Below, one piece after another: positions 27,849-36,912 of a DNA stretch of 64,000 bases. Source of the DNA: an uncultured Chloroflexia bacterium (lineage in GTDB: Bacteria > Chloroflexota > Limnocylindria > Limnocylindrales > CSP1-4). The stretch spans positions 288,001-352,000 of the forward strand of contig CAWHXD010000017.1 of NCBI GenBank assembly GCA_963833225.1. The letters run 5' to 3'. Position 1 is the first letter of the stretch; each line of letters begins with the position of its first letter. The notes below the pieces were generated by a model. It made no database searches, had not been told where the DNA came from, and saw nothing but the letters and a program-made list of their open reading frames with translations. The position numbers and the translations under genes are program-made.

Positions 27849-27999
27849 CGTTCGCGGGTCCGAGTCTAGCGCGATGCCGACCACCGACTCACCGCCCCCG
27901 ATAGGCCGATCGTCCCAGTTGCCGGCGCGCACCACGGTGCTACGCTGGCCGCCCTTCGCGCCGGAGCCCAAGCTGGCGCGTTCCTGATCGAGCCCGGGA

Positions 28000-29412
28000 A
28001 TGCCCGACCGGATGTTGTCACGAACCAGGCCAGTCGCCGGGGGCCAGCTCGCCCTCGAGCTCCCGAGTGCCCTTCCGTTCCTCGCGATCGAGCCCGAGTG
28101 GAAAGGCCAGCCGCGCCTGTGGGGCCACAGCCTGCACCCGATGTGCTCGTATCTCGCGAGCTTTCCGGCCGCGCTCGCGCATGCGTTCATCGCCCGCTAC
28201 ACGCGGCCGGGGGACGTCGTGCTGGATCCATTCAGCGGTCGCGGGACGGCGCCCCTGCAGGCCACGGCCGAAGGGCGGATCGGCGTCGGCAACGACCTGA
28301 ACCCGCTCGCCCAGGTGCTCACGACCGCCAAGCTGGACCCGGCGACATCGGCCGAAAGCCGCACCCGGCTCGCGGCCCTGCGCCTCGCCTGGGGGGCCGA
28401 CGCGCCATCCTGGCTCGCGCTCGCCGATCGCGTGAAGGCTCGCCCCGGCCATCCATCGGCGTTCATCCCGGCAGCCGGCTCTGGCGACGGGCCCGATGCA
28501 CGAACGGAGTCCGTCCCCGACGAGGTTGCGCTCGCCTTCCACCCGCGAACGCTGGCCCAGGTCCTGCTGCTGCGCAGCCAGCTCGACGCCGATGCGCGAC
28601 CGGACCGGTTCCTGCTCGGAGCGATGGTCGGGATCCTCCACGGGAAGACCCCGTCCTACCTGTCCACGATCATGCCCAACACGTTCAGCATGGCCCCCCG
28701 GTACGTGCGGGGCTTCGTGGCCTCCACCGGCTACGAGCCGCCGGAGCGAGACGCCTTTGACGCGCTCGCGGCCAAGCTGGACCGGCTGTATCGCCAGCCG
28801 CTGCCGACGGCGACCGGCATCGCCCTCAATGGCGATGCCCGAACGGCCGGCAGGCGTGCCCGGGCGGCGCTTCGTGCCAACGGCCTGCCGGATCGTGCGC
28901 GCCTCGTGGTGACCTCCCCGCCCTACCTGCGCGTGCTCAAGTACGGCTACTACAACTGGCTGCGCACGTGGCTCCTGGGCTACGACCCCGCCGTGATCGA
29001 TGCCGACCTCGATGCCGCCCACCGCCGCGAGCCGTACCTGACGTTCATGCGCGAGGTCCTCGCCGACCTCCGACCGGCCATGACCGACGACGGGATCGCC
29101 GTGGTGGTCATCGGCGACGTGGAGATGGACCGGGGCAAGCCGTCAAGCGATGGGATGGGATTGGCGGAGCGCGTGTGGGAGGAGGCCGCGCTCCCCGCGG
29201 GATACCGCCTGGCGGGCGTGGTCCGTGATGAGGTGGCCGCCAACCGGAAGATGACGCGCCTGTGGGGCGAGCAGGCCGGCCGCGCCACCAAGACCGACCG
29301 GATCCTCGTGATGGGCGCCAGCGAGGCGGGTCGCCGCCGGGCGCTTGCCACGGCCGACCTGCCCATCGACTGGACCTGGCCGCCGTCGAGGCTGAGGGCG
29401 ATTCCCGGGTAG
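28000..29412 (+). CDS. Site-specific DNA amino-methyltransferase (N4-C/N6-A), orphan
   Basis: Motif X/I YLASFP...VLDPFSGRGT precedes catalytic VTSPPY. Confidence 0.88.
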   Translation: MPDRMLSRTRPVAGGQLALELPSALPFLAIEPEWKGQPRLWGHSLHPMCSYLASFPAALAHAFIARYTRPGDVVLDPFSGRGTAPLQATAEGRIGVGNDLNPLAQVLTTAKLDPATSAESRTRLAALRLAWGADAPSWLALADRVKARPGHPSAFIPAAGSGDGPDARTESVPDEVALAFHPRTLAQVLLLRSQLDADARPDRFLLGAMVGILHGKTPSYLSTIMPNTFSMAPRYVRGFVASTGYEPPERDAFDALAAKLDRLYRQPLPTATGIALNGDARTAGRRARAALRANGLPDRARLVVTSPPYLRVLKYGYYNWLRTWLLGYDPAVIDADLDAAHRREPYLTFMREVLADLRPAMTDDGIAVVVIGDVEMDRGKPSSDGMGLAERVWEEAALPAGYRLAGVVRDEVAANRKMTRLWGEQAGRATKTDRILVMGASEAGRRRALATADLPIDWTWPPSRLRAIPG

Positions 29413-29460
29413 CCGCCCTCGCGCCGCGGTATCGCCGCGGGGTAGCATCTGGCCAGCGCC

Positions 29461-31671
29461 ATGACACACCGTCTGTTCACGCTCTCCCCGATCCTTCGCG
29501 TTGCCGCGGCCTGCGTGCTGCTGCTCGCGTCCGCGATGCCCGTGCGCGCGGCGGGCGAGCTGATCCGCCTCCAGACCGAGGTCACGGACCAGGCGGGTGT
29601 CCTCACGGCGGCCGAGGAGCGCGAGGTCTCGAGCGCCCTCGCGCAGCTGCGCGACGACGCCGGGGTCCAGCTGTTCGTCGCCTACATCGACACGACCGCG
29701 GGCGAGGACATCAACACCTGGACCAGCGACACCGCCGACATCAGCTCGCTCGGCGGCAACGACGCCCTGATCGTCGTGGCGATCGAGGACCACACGTACT
29801 CGATGTGGGTGGGCCCGGCGCTCGACGAGCTCACCAACGACGCCATCGACTCCATCCTCGTCGACGGACTGGAGCCCGCCCTGGTCGACGGGGACTACGC
29901 CGGAGCGATGATCGCGGCCGCCAGGGAGACGGGCAGGGCAGTCGCCGAGGCCGGCCCGGTCGCAACCGACACCCCGGCAACGCCGGCAACCCGCACGGCC
30001 GCCCCGACGGTCGCACCCGGAACGACGGGATCCACGGGCGGCGGCTTCAACATCACCCCGATCCTCGCCTTCCTGCTCGTCGTCGGCGGCCTGTTCCTCG
30101 TCGCTCGCTGGATGATCACGAAACGGACCCGGGACAAGGCTGGAGCCGTCATGCGGGACCAGCTCAACACCGAGGCCAACCGGGCCCTCCTCGCGGCCGA
30201 CGAGGCGCTCAAGGATGCGGCCAACGACGTCGATTTCGCGGCTGCCCAGTGGGGCGATGCGGAGGTCGTTCCCTACCGCGACGCGATCCGCCAGGCGAAC
30301 GAGGAGCTGCGGGCCTCGTTCGCGCTCCGCCAGAAGCTCGACGACGCGTTCCCGGAGAAGCCGCCCGAACGGGTGCAGATGCTGCGCGAGGTCATCGCCC
30401 GGTGTGCGAAGGCCCAGCAGCTCCTCGATGCCCAGGAGCAGCGCTTCGACGACCTCCAGGAGCTCCAGCGGGTCGCCCCCGACCAGCTCGCCGCCCTCCC
30501 TGCCACCATCGCGGCCCTGCGCACCAGGATGGCGGCCGCAGAGCAGACGGCAGCGCGACTCCAGGCCACCTACGCGCCCACGGCCACGGCGTCGGTGGAG
30601 GGCAACATCGCCGAGGCCGGCAAGGCTCTCGATGCGGCTTCGACGGAGGCCGAGCGCGGTGGCGCGGTCGTCGCCACCAAGCCCCCCGAGGGCGTCGTGG
30701 CGCTTCGCCGCTCGCAGGAGGCGCTCGCCCGGGCAACCCAGCTCGTCGAAGGGATCGAGCGCCTGGCTGCCGGGCTTGACGATGCTGCGGCCCGACTCCC
30801 TGCGGAGCTCGATGCCGCCGCGGCCGATGTCGCTGCCGCCCACGACGCGATCGCCAGGCTCAGCCAGGCCCCTGGTGGCCCACCACTCGATGGGGCCTCA
30901 CCTGGTGACGCGGACCCGGCAGCGGCGCTGCGAGCCGCCGAGGGCGCGCTGGACGAGGCTCGACGGGCCGCGCAGGCCATCCCCATCGACCCACTCGCCG
31001 CCATCCAGCGGGCCACGGCTGCCAACCAGGCGGCAGACGCGATCCTCGCCCAGGTCGCGACCGTGCAGGCACAGGCCGCGCGGCGGCGGCAGGTCGTCGA
31101 GGCCGCGATCGCGAGCGCCCAGGGCCACGTCACGCGGGCCACGGACTTCATCACCACCCGCCGCCACGGCGTCGGGGAGACCGCGCGAACCCGGGCTGCC
31201 GAGGCGTCGATGCGCCTCGACGAGGCGCGAACGCTGGCGGCCACGAACCCCGAGGGTGCCGCGACGAGCGCCAACCGGGCGACTGCCCTCGCCGACGAGG
31301 CCTACCGGCTGGCCGCCGGCGAGTTCGACAGCTGGAACCGCGCTGGTGGCCCGGTCGCCGGCCCCTACGCCGGCGGTGGTGGCGGTGGCGACATCGCCGG
31401 GGCCGTCCTCGGTGGCGTCATCGGGGCCGTGCTGGCCGGTGCGGCCCGCGGTGGCAGTGCGGGTCGCCGGGGCAGCGGCTGGGGTGGCAGTCCATGGGGC
31501 GGGTCGGGTGGCATGAAGACGGGCGGCTTCGGCGTGCCGCGGGGTCCGATCGGCGGACGTTCCTCCGGTCGAACACGAGGCGGCGGTTTCAGCCTGCCGT
31601 CGGGCGGCGGAGGATCCCGGGGCGGCGGTGGCGGTGGCGGTGGCGGCCGCGTCCGCGGGGGTCGCTGGTAG
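29461..31671 (+). CDS. TPM-domain membrane protein with long helical region and Gly/Arg-rich tail
   Basis: Signal peptide, VTDQAGVL...VQLFVAYI...LIVVAIED TPM domain, TM helix, Ala-rich coiled coil, C-terminal GGRW. Confidence 0.85.
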   Translation: MTHRLFTLSPILRVAAACVLLLASAMPVRAAGELIRLQTEVTDQAGVLTAAEEREVSSALAQLRDDAGVQLFVAYIDTTAGEDINTWTSDTADISSLGGNDALIVVAIEDHTYSMWVGPALDELTNDAIDSILVDGLEPALVDGDYAGAMIAAARETGRAVAEAGPVATDTPATPATRTAAPTVAPGTTGSTGGGFNITPILAFLLVVGGLFLVARWMITKRTRDKAGAVMRDQLNTEANRALLAADEALKDAANDVDFAAAQWGDAEVVPYRDAIRQANEELRASFALRQKLDDAFPEKPPERVQMLREVIARCAKAQQLLDAQEQRFDDLQELQRVAPDQLAALPATIAALRTRMAAAEQTAARLQATYAPTATASVEGNIAEAGKALDAASTEAERGGAVVATKPPEGVVALRRSQEALARATQLVEGIERLAAGLDDAAARLPAELDAAAADVAAAHDAIARLSQAPGGPPLDGASPGDADPAAALRAAEGALDEARRAAQAIPIDPLAAIQRATAANQAADAILAQVATVQAQAARRRQVVEAAIASAQGHVTRATDFITTRRHGVGETARTRAAEASMRLDEARTLAATNPEGAATSANRATALADEAYRLAAGEFDSWNRAGGPVAGPYAGGGGGGDIAGAVLGGVIGAVLAGAARGGSAGRRGSGWGGSPWGGSGGMKTGGFGVPRGPIGGRSSGRTRGGGFSLPSGGGGSRGGGGGGGGGRVRGGRW

Positions 31672-31747
31672 CGGCGAGCAAATCGGGGCTCGACGGATCG
31701 ACCGGGCGAGCCGAGAATCACCGGACTTGCACCAGTGGGAGGCACCA

Positions 31748-32476
31748 ATGGCACAGACCTCGATCCTCGGCCGTATCGGGCAGCTCGTCAGAGCGAACGT
31801 CAACACCCTCCTCGACTCCGCCGAGGACCCGGAGAAGATGCTCGACCAGCTGATCCGGGACTTCACCAATAACATCGCGGAGGCCGAGGAGGCGGTCGCC
31901 CAGACGGTGGGCAACCTGCGCCTGCTCGAGGATGATGCCCGCGAGGCACGCGGCGCCTCGGGCGAGTGGCTCACCAAGGCCCGGGCTGCGTCTGACCGTG
32001 CCGAGACGCTCCGGACCCAGGGCAACACGGCCGAGGCGGACCGCTTCGACAGCCTGGCCAAGCTCGCGCTGCGCCGCCAGATCTCGTTCGACGAGCAGGT
32101 CCACACGTTCGATGCCCAGATCGCCCAGCAGACAGAGCTGACCGACAAGCTCAAGGACGGCCTCAACCGGCTGCGCGTCAAGCGAGAGGAGCTGGTCCAG
32201 AAGCGCGACGAGCTCGTCAGCCGGGCCAAGATGGCCCAGGCGCAGATGCAGGTCCAGCAGACCCTCAAGACCGTCTCCGTCCTCGATCCCACCTCGGAGC
32301 TCAACCGGTTCGAGGAACGCATCCGCCGCCAGGAGGCCCAGGCGCGCGGCATGGAGGAGATCGGGACGTCCTCGATCGAGGACCAGTTCGCCGAGCTCGC
32401 GAGTGGAGAGGAGGACCTCGAGGTCGAGGCACGCCTCGCCGAGCTCAAGGCGGGAACGGGCGGCACCGGAGCCTGA
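31748..32476 (+). CDS. pspA: PspA/IM30 family protein
   Basis: SILGRIGQLVRANVNTLLDSAEDPEKMLDQ...FEERI...VEARLAELK. Confidence 0.93.
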   Translation: MAQTSILGRIGQLVRANVNTLLDSAEDPEKMLDQLIRDFTNNIAEAEEAVAQTVGNLRLLEDDAREARGASGEWLTKARAASDRAETLRTQGNTAEADRFDSLAKLALRRQISFDEQVHTFDAQIAQQTELTDKLKDGLNRLRVKREELVQKRDELVSRAKMAQAQMQVQQTLKTVSVLDPTSELNRFEERIRRQEAQARGMEEIGTSSIEDQFAELASGEEDLEVEARLAELKAGTGGTGA

Positions 32477-32504
32477 CACCCGTCAGGCCAACCAGCCACC
32501 GATC

Positions 32505-32538
32505 GAAGGGGCCGCCCACCATGCGGCCCCTTCTTCGT
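32505..32538 (+). terminator. Intrinsic terminator after pspA
   Basis: GAAGGGGCCGC-ccaccat-GCGGCCCCTTC followed by TTC. Confidence 0.7.
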
Positions 32539-32619
32539 CCCGAGGCGCGTGACTGGCACCGGGCTCGGGCGCTCAGACGGCTCCCGGCGCGGACGCGCTT
32601 GGGCTAGCATGACCAATCG

Positions 32620-32847
32620 ATGATGCAGATGTATCCCCCGTCCGACCTCGCCTCCATGGATCCCCTGGTCCTGATGAAGAACCTGGACCACGTGCGGATG
32701 ACCAGCCGGCGCCTCTCCTACATCCTCCAGCAGCAGGTTCACCTCTACACGCCGGAGGCGAACCAGATGCGCGAGCAGATCGACCGCTACGTCGAGGCTG
32801 AGCGCCAACTCGAGGGCGAGATGGCCCGGCGGCGCATCCGCGCCTGA
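32620..32847 (+). CDS. Small hypothetical helical protein
   Basis: Strong GC3 codon bias; TAGCAT -10 just upstream. Confidence 0.7.
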   Translation: MMQMYPPSDLASMDPLVLMKNLDHVRMTSRRLSYILQQQVHLYTPEANQMREQIDRYVEAERQLEGEMARRRIRA

Positions 32848-32891
32848 GTCCGGCGGGCGCCCGCAGCGCTCCAACGGCGCCCAGGGCCTGA

Positions 32892-33263
32892 TCAGGCTGC
32901 CGCGATCTCGGCTTCCGCGTCGGCCGTCGCGGTCTCGGCCCCGAGGTCCTTGCCCGCGGTGTCCACGCCAGTCTCCTGGCGCGCTGTCTCCAGCGCGGCC
33001 GCTCGGGTCGCCCGTCGCGCCGCCTGCTCCTCCGCGGTGATCCGCTTCACGAGCTCCGCCAGGCGCGGCGTCTGGAACAGGCTGAACCCCACGCCGATCT
33101 CCGAGAGCGCATCGTGGCCCATGCCACGGAACAGCCCCCGCGTGGCCACCGCACACATCTCGTCATAGAGCTCGGGCCAGCCGACGCGGCGTCGCTCGTA
33201 GCAGAACCGGACGAATGCCTCGGCCTCGGTCGTGGGCTGGCTGGCGGGGCCCGCGTGCAGCAT
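32892..33263 (-). CDS. Hypothetical protein
   Basis: GAGGAGG RBS; globular-looking core FVRFCYERRRVGWPELYDEMC. Confidence 0.7.
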   Translation of the reverse strand: MLHAGPASQPTTEAEAFVRFCYERRRVGWPELYDEMCAVATRGLFRGMGHDALSEIGVGFSLFQTPRLAELVKRITAEEQAARRATRAAALETARQETGVDTAGKDLGAETATADAEAEIAAA

Positions 33264-33437
33264 CGATATGGGTCCTCCTCACCCGTTGAACACGCGTCAT
33301 CACGGCCGGCAAGCGGGCGGAACTGGCCCGACCACCGGCAGCACCCCCTGGTTCGCCGGGACCTTCACATCCCTGGACTCCGGAGGGTCCGGCGCTCCGT
33401 CCATGCTACGGGCTGCGGACCCCTCCCCGGTAGGGGC

Positions 33438-33523
33438 TTCTCCACCACCTGCCCACCCGAGTTGTCCACACGCCACGCCGCCCGGTGGACAGGCGGTCCG
33501 AATGGGCAACATCCTGTGGACGC
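33438..33523. promoter_or_regulatory. Cluster of DnaA-box-like 9-mers
   Basis: Perfect TTGTCCACA at 33462 plus five degenerate copies; three forward then three reverse. Confidence 0.5.
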
Positions 33524-33576
33524 CCGGCGGCGGATCCGCTGGACGCCGTCGTCCAGATGGGCTAGGGCCGTCGGCT

Positions 33577-34665
33577 TCAGGGCCTGGCGTCGGCTCGCAG
33601 CTCCAGTCCAAGCCCGGGCCGGTCGGCCAGCCGCCACCGCTTGTCAGGCCCGATGTCCAGGCCCGCGACGGGGTCCTCGGCCAGGAGCAGACAGCCGTCC
33701 AGGTCCACCCACTCGGCGAGCGAGGACACGGCGGCAGACGCCGCGATCCCGATCGACGTCTCCTCCATGCACCCGAGGAAGGTCCGGAAGCCGAGCTCGC
33801 GCGCCCGCTCCAGCATTCGCCGTGCCGGACCGATGCCACCGCATTTCGCGAGCTTGACGTTGACCCCGGCGACGACTCCCACCAGGGCGTCGAGGTCTTC
33901 GATCGTCACGGCGCTCTCGTCGGCCACGATCGGCAGGTGGGTGCGCTCCTGCAGCCAGCGCAGGTGATCCAGGCGGCGAGCCGGGAACGGCTGCTCGATG
34001 AGCTCCACGCCCAGCCGGACCAGGTCGGGCAACAGGGCAATGGCGGTCTCCGGGGCCCAACCGGTGTTCGCGTCCACCCGGATGGGGCCCGCGTAGACCG
34101 CGCGGACCGCCTCGAGCGTCTCGATGTCGGACGGACCCCCGAGCTTGATCTTGAGGGCGGGGAAGTCCCCGGCACGGCTCGCGCGCTCGGCCACCACGGC
34201 CGGCTCGTCGATCCCCAGCGTGAAGTCGGTGGGCGGCAGCTCGCCCTGGAGGCCGAGGAGGTCACGAACCGACAGGCCCAGTCGCTTGCCCGCCAGGTCA
34301 TGCAGGGCGATGTCGATCGCGCACTTGATCGCCCCGTGGTGACCGATCGTCGCGGCCATCAGCCCGCCTGCGTCCTCCAGGCCCGCGCGGACGTCGTCGA
34401 GCTGGCCACGCAGGTCCTGCTCCACGGACTCGAGCGCGCCGAGCAGCAGGGGGGCCACGGCGGCCATCGTCTCCGGGGTCTCGCCGTAGTAGCTGCCGGG
34501 ATAGCCCTCCCCGATCCCAACCGGGCCGTCCGGGCCGTCGGCCTCGTCGCGGAGCTCGGCCACGATGGTGGTGATCCGCCGGCCCTCGCCGGGCGCCGCC
34601 CGCGCGATGACAAACGGGTCCCGCAGCGGCAGGTCGAGCGTTCGAAGCCTGATCGCGAACGTCAC
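33577..34665 (-). CDS. Dipeptide epimerase (enolase superfamily, DgcA-like)
   Basis: LKIKLG, RVDANTGW, IEQP, ADES, NVKLAKCGG, GCM, DLDG. Confidence 0.92.
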   Translation of the reverse strand: MTFAIRLRTLDLPLRDPFVIARAAPGEGRRITTIVAELRDEADGPDGPVGIGEGYPGSYYGETPETMAAVAPLLLGALESVEQDLRGQLDDVRAGLEDAGGLMAATIGHHGAIKCAIDIALHDLAGKRLGLSVRDLLGLQGELPPTDFTLGIDEPAVVAERASRAGDFPALKIKLGGPSDIETLEAVRAVYAGPIRVDANTGWAPETAIALLPDLVRLGVELIEQPFPARRLDHLRWLQERTHLPIVADESAVTIEDLDALVGVVAGVNVKLAKCGGIGPARRMLERARELGFRTFLGCMEETSIGIAASAAVSSLAEWVDLDGCLLLAEDPVAGLDIGPDKRWRLADRPGLGLELRADARP

Positions 34666-35780
34666 GACAACGCCCCCTCTGGCGCCGCTGTCACCCAGGG
34701 CAGCACGTCGACGCCAGCCTCGATCGCCTGCCACAGCGCATCGCCTCCGAAGCGCACCGGGTCCGCGACCTGCAGGCCCGTCTCGGCCGCCGTGGCCTCG
34801 ATGACCCGTCGCGCCTCCGCCTCGTCCGGGATCAGCGACGTGTTGAGGGCGACCGCGACGACCTTCGACGGCGCCACCAGAGACGCGATCTCCTCGTGGG
34901 CCCGGATGAAGCCCGGCAGGGGCTTGATCGGGAAGCGGCGCTCCGGCTCTGGGTCGAGGTCGTGGTCTGCCATGCCCGGCATGTGGACGAGGATCATCGC
35001 GTGCGGAGTGGTGCCGTGGATCAGGCCCAGCGTGACGCTGCTGTACGCCGGATGGTCGAGGGAGCCCTGACCCTCGACGATGACCCAGTCGCCACGCCGC
35101 TCCCCCTCCTCGGCAAGCCACTCGGCGGTTCCCTGGACGAAGTCCGCGATCACCCGATCCACGGCCACCCCCCAGCCCTCGATCATGATCCCCGTCTGGC
35201 CGGTGGCGACAAACGACGCCGACCGGCCGGCCGCCACGGCGGCCCGCCGCAGCTCGAGCGCGACGGACATCTTGCCGATCGCACAGTCCGTGCCGACGGT
35301 CAGGATGACCCGCTTGCCAGGGGCATGGAGACGGCCCCTCGCAGTCTCCATCCGCTCGGGTGGCCGCCGGTAGTCGACCAGCCGCACGCCCCCCGCCCGG
35401 GCCGCATCGGCAAACTCGGGATCATCACCGAGGAACGTATGGAGCCCGGAGAGGACGTCAAGGCCCGAGCGGATGGCGGTCAGGATCGCCGAACGCCACT
35501 CGTCCGGCAGCCGGCCACCGGTGGGCGCGATCCCGATCAGCAGGGCATCGGCGCGGGGGAGGAACCCGAGGGCGGCATTGAGCGAATCGACGATCGGGAT
35601 ATCGAAGCGCCCCGAGTCGCCCAGCCACTCTCGGACATTGCGGCCCGCCTGGGTCGAGTCGATGACCGCGACCACCCTGTCGGTGCCGTACCGGATCACG
35701 CCCATCGCGGTCTTGCCGTGGTGGTAGCCGAAGTTGCCCTCGGCAAGGATCACGAGGCGGCGATCGGGTGTGGCGGACAT
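34662..35780 (-). CDS. DUF1611 protein (DgcN-like)
   Basis: GKTA, SGLH, VGTDCAIGKM, ATGQTG, VEGQGSL.HPAYS. Confidence 0.92.
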   Translation of the reverse strand: MSATPDRRLVILAEGNFGYHHGKTAMGVIRYGTDRVVAVIDSTQAGRNVREWLGDSGRFDIPIVDSLNAALGFLPRADALLIGIAPTGGRLPDEWRSAILTAIRSGLDVLSGLHTFLGDDPEFADAARAGGVRLVDYRRPPERMETARGRLHAPGKRVILTVGTDCAIGKMSVALELRRAAVAAGRSASFVATGQTGIMIEGWGVAVDRVIADFVQGTAEWLAEEGERRGDWVIVEGQGSLDHPAYSSVTLGLIHGTTPHAMILVHMPGMADHDLDPEPERRFPIKPLPGFIRAHEEIASLVAPSKVVAVALNTSLIPDEAEARRVIEATAAETGLQVADPVRFGGDALWQAIEAGVDVLPWVTAAPEGALS

Positions 35781-35823
35781 GGGCCCTTCCAGCGGTCGAT
35801 GTGGTGGACCCGGCGAGTCTACC

Positions 35824-35857
35824 GAAACGAGGAACGCCCCCGGCGGACCGGAGGCGT
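35824..35857 (-). terminator. Terminator after tRNA-Glu
   Basis: ACGCCTCCGG-tccg-CCGGGGGCGT followed by TCCTCGTTTC on the minus strand. Confidence 0.55.
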
Positions 35858-35871
35858 CTGGCGGTTCGAGT

Positions 35872-35948
35872 TGGTACCGCATACCGGATTCGAACCGGTG
35901 ATCTCCGCCTTGAGAGGGCGGTGTCCTGGGCCTCTAGACGAATGCGGC
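35872..35948 (-). tRNA. tRNA-Glu (anticodon CTC)
   Basis: GCCGCATTCGTCTAGAGGCCCAGGACACCGCCCTCTCAAGGCGGAGATCACCGGTTCGAATCCGGTATGCGGTACCA. Confidence 0.97.
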
Positions 35949-36022
35949 GCGGGGCTGGACGGAACGTCCGACCGGCGACGGAGGATAGCAGGACCGGCGC
36001 GGACCTCGCAACGTGGATGGGG

Positions 36023-36895
36023 TCAGAGCCGGTGGCTTTCGAGGAACGCCCGGAGCGTCTCCGCCACCTGCAGATAGCCCTGCTCGCCAAGGACGAGGCC
36101 ATAGTGGGAATGGGCGCCGAACGGCTCATACGGGGCGTCGAGCCAGTCGGCGAGACGCTCGACACCCGGTTCCGGCACCTGGAGGTCCAGGCCGCCGCCG
36201 ATGACGAGGCGCGGGACGTCCGGGAGGGAGGCACGGTCGACCGGGACGCCGGTGAGCAGCTGGCGCTTGGCCCGCCCGGACTCGAACGGCTTCTGGCCGA
36301 GCATGTGCTGGATGCGCAGCACATCGGCCACGGTGAGGTCCCGGTGATCCCGGGCCAGCTTCTCGGGGAGCGTCTCCCAACCCAGCTCAGAGCGACCGTA
36401 GGCGTCGGGGATGTCACGCACCACGTGCAGGCGCGCCGGTTCTCGGAGCTCCCGCGGGCCTTCAGGGGCAATCAGCACATAGGCGACCACGGGCGCGCGC
36501 TCGATCGCCTTGAGCACGAGCAGGCCACCCAGGCCATGGCCCACCGCGACGACGTTCGGACCAAGGCGGTCCATGGCCGCCACGACGTCCTCCGTGTAGG
36601 ACTCGATGTCGAGCGTGGCCGGATCCGCAGTCTGCGACCAGTAGTGGTTGCGGAGGTTGAGGGCGTGACCCTCCCAACCTCGACCCGCGAAATGGTGCAG
36701 GAAGCGTTCCCAGACCCAAGACCCGCCAAGCTCGCCATGGACGAACAGGATCGGCTTGCGCCGGGAGCGGCGCTCCGGCAGCCACGACTCGATGTAGAGC
36801 CCGCGCTCGGGCAGCTCGATCTCATCTTTGCGAACGGGACGGCCGCTGGTGGCGGTGCGGGGGAGGATCCGGTCGCCGGGAATGAGGTCGGTCAT
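36023..36895 (-). CDS. Alpha/beta hydrolase-fold protein lacking the catalytic Ser
   Basis: ILFVHG, ALNLRNH, VGHGLGG (expected GHSxGG), GGLD, HSH. Confidence 0.8.
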   Translation of the reverse strand: MTDLIPGDRILPRTATSGRPVRKDEIELPERGLYIESWLPERRSRRKPILFVHGELGGSWVWERFLHHFAGRGWEGHALNLRNHYWSQTADPATLDIESYTEDVVAAMDRLGPNVVAVGHGLGGLLVLKAIERAPVVAYVLIAPEGPRELREPARLHVVRDIPDAYGRSELGWETLPEKLARDHRDLTVADVLRIQHMLGQKPFESGRAKRQLLTGVPVDRASLPDVPRLVIGGGLDLQVPEPGVERLADWLDAPYEPFGAHSHYGLVLGEQGYLQVAETLRAFLESHRL

Positions 36896-36912
36896 CGAGT
36901 TGCCATCCTTCC

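Noticed and set aside
27773-35948. Genomic island between the two tRNAs
   Set aside because: No integrase, no duplicated tRNA 3' end seen, no compositional shift; the genes look chromosomal.
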